Positions 62,464 through 64,000 of a stretch of DNA of 64,000 nt are shown here, piece after piece (position 1 is the first letter of the stretch; each line of letters opens with the position of its first letter). The position numbers were made by a program, and so were the translations under genes. This DNA is from Raillietiella orientalis (taxonomy: Eukaryota): contig JAYWIR010000015.1 of NCBI GenBank assembly GCA_036172245.1, positions 310,001 to 374,000 on the forward strand. The letters are read 5' to 3'. The notes below the pieces were generated by a model that worked only from the letters and a program-made list of their open reading frames with translations, did not search any database and was not told the DNA's origin.

Positions 62464-62507
62464 GTGCGTGCGTGCGTGCGTGCTTGTGTGTGTGTGTGAG
62501 TGTGTGC
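62464..62507. repeat. Compound (GTGC)n-(GT)n microsatellite
   Basis: gtgcgtgcgtgcgtgcgtgcttgtgtgtgtgtgtgagtgtgtgc, read directly. Confidence 0.85.
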
Positions 62508-63339
62508 TTACGGAACGTCGATTGGACGTGTTTTTTTTTGTTGTTTATTTCTAAACATACAAAAAAGAAAAACAACAACACCGTCAGCTTGCATGACCAC
62601 TGGGTATGCGAAAGTGGTCCTGGCGCTTCTTTCATTCTGAGGGTGATCTAAATTCCTATCCTTTGAGGATAAATTACGAGTTTCGTATTGTTCTGGTCTC
62701 GTGGGTCGCCTCCGAAAAAACATGTTGCAACGAGTTGTTTTGAGGCAGAATGCTGACGGTAATTAATCCCTTTCGCCGCTGCAAATGGCATGTGGATCAT
62801 TAAACAGGGATAATAAATGCTTTTATTGTACGCGTTTTGTTCTGGTAACACGCGTTGGAGACCTTTAATGACTCGATAAGTTATAAAGTAACATATTTCT
62901 CATCCCGTCAGGAAAACACCTTTAGATTCTTTGGGGATAGTCTTTTTTTTTTGTTTTTTGCTCGAAACAAAATGTGGCCACACGACTTCGCTGGCGAGTC
63001 TTTCTGATTCTTCTAAGAGCTGACAACCATCATTACAAAAGGGCATAAAAGTTTTCGTTTCAAAGGGAAGAATCGATTATAAGTTGTTTGTTCTCCCTCG
63101 GGAAAGATGTCTCTGGGCGCCTCCAGCTATGATGAAAAGTCTTGAACATATATGTATACGTATGTATTGATGAGACTCCCACACCGTACACAGCAACGAT
63201 CGTTAGTTGTCAGAATCAGGAGCATTTTTCAAAAAAAAAAAATGACGAGAAAAAAGGCGAGGGAAGGGATTTTTTCCCTTCCCTCCTCCTTAGGATAGTC
63301 GCTTTCTCAGAGGAATGTTTGCTTCCTTTTCTCAAAGAT

Positions 63340-63929
63340 TCCAGCTTAATTTGCGAGCGCCCCGGAAGGACCGGTGTGGGTGAGCTCAAAGGCACGAAAT
63401 CGGAGGACCTTTCCCGGAGAACCATGTTTTCGTCCGTTACCCTGTTTTGCTTTCTCTCGCTCTCTCTCTAGCGAATCTGGGATACCAACGCTTTCTCCCT
63501 GTCCATGTAGCCAGCTGCTCGGATAGGATGGTGCGCTTTGACACGAGCAGCTCGGGTGCGTGCACACGTCACCTCCTCGAGGCGCACACTGGAGTAACGG
63601 TCCCTACCATGGAGGTGGTGGTAGACCCCATGCGTTTCCATCGGCACGTCAGGCTCCCTCCCGTCACCACCTTCGATCCCAGCATTTCCTTCTGGTTCTT
63701 CGACCAGAAGGAAGCTGTTGCCCTCAGCCGTCTTCTACCTTTGCCAACTGTTTTTGTTGATCAAATTCTTCAGCCATCACAACACTACGAAATGTCCCTT
63801 GAGCCCTTCGCACGAGGGAGCCAAGCTCAAGGGGTGTTTTCCGTTTCCTGCAGCGAACAGAGGAAACACCCCGTGTCTCCTCCTCACCTGACTGACCTTC
63901 GTAGCATTCACGCGTCTCCTGCTTTCTGA
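63340..63929 (+). other. Ambiguous: L1/Tx1-like 3' remnant and/or candidate further ephrin exon from 63472
   Basis: ERPGRTGVGELKGTKSEDLSRR resembles PPRGLVLWEELLGITPEDVKR (38.1 kb), and RFLPV...GACTRHLLEA resembles zf-RVT. However, a strong acceptor ctctctctctag|CG opens a 152-codon frame in phase with exon 4. Confidence 0.3.
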
Positions 63930-64000
63930 TTCCTTGAGAACAAGCCCCACATCGTGGCCGGCGCGTTCTTTTTGTGATCTCCGTTTGCAGCTGATGTTCA

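Noticed and set aside
1..64000. CRISPR array, prokaryotic operon or defence system
   Set aside because: I saw no regularly spaced repeat-spacer array and no dense long ORFs. The presence of spliceosomal introns marks the DNA as eukaryotic.

Overview
This is eukaryotic DNA with spliceosomal introns. It is most likely from an arthropod (pancrustacean-like), judged from the one host gene I can recognise. That gene is an ephrin on the + strand: four coding exons (55935-56026, 58448-58589, 58909-59077, 59974-60084) splice in phase through GT-AG introns into a signal peptide plus a complete ephrin receptor-binding domain. The C-terminal anchor exon(s) cannot be placed with confidence. Much of the rest (about 1-54.9 kb, plus parts of the ephrin introns) is densely strewn with badly decayed non-LTR retrotransposon fragments of the L1/Tx1 type on both strands. 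They are recognisable only from broken ORF1 zinc-knuckle, AP-endonuclease, RT and C-terminal zf-RVT motifs. There is also one probable DIRS tyrosine-recombinase remnant. Retroelement boundaries are approximate and the motif calls were made by eye, not by database search. I found no CRISPR array, rRNA, tRNA or intact transposon ORF, and no convincing new biological system. The best leads are three near-perfect hairpins, same-strand head-to-tail retroelement chains, an element lying head-to-head about 1 kb from the ephrin ATG, and in-phase alternative 3' ends for ephrin.
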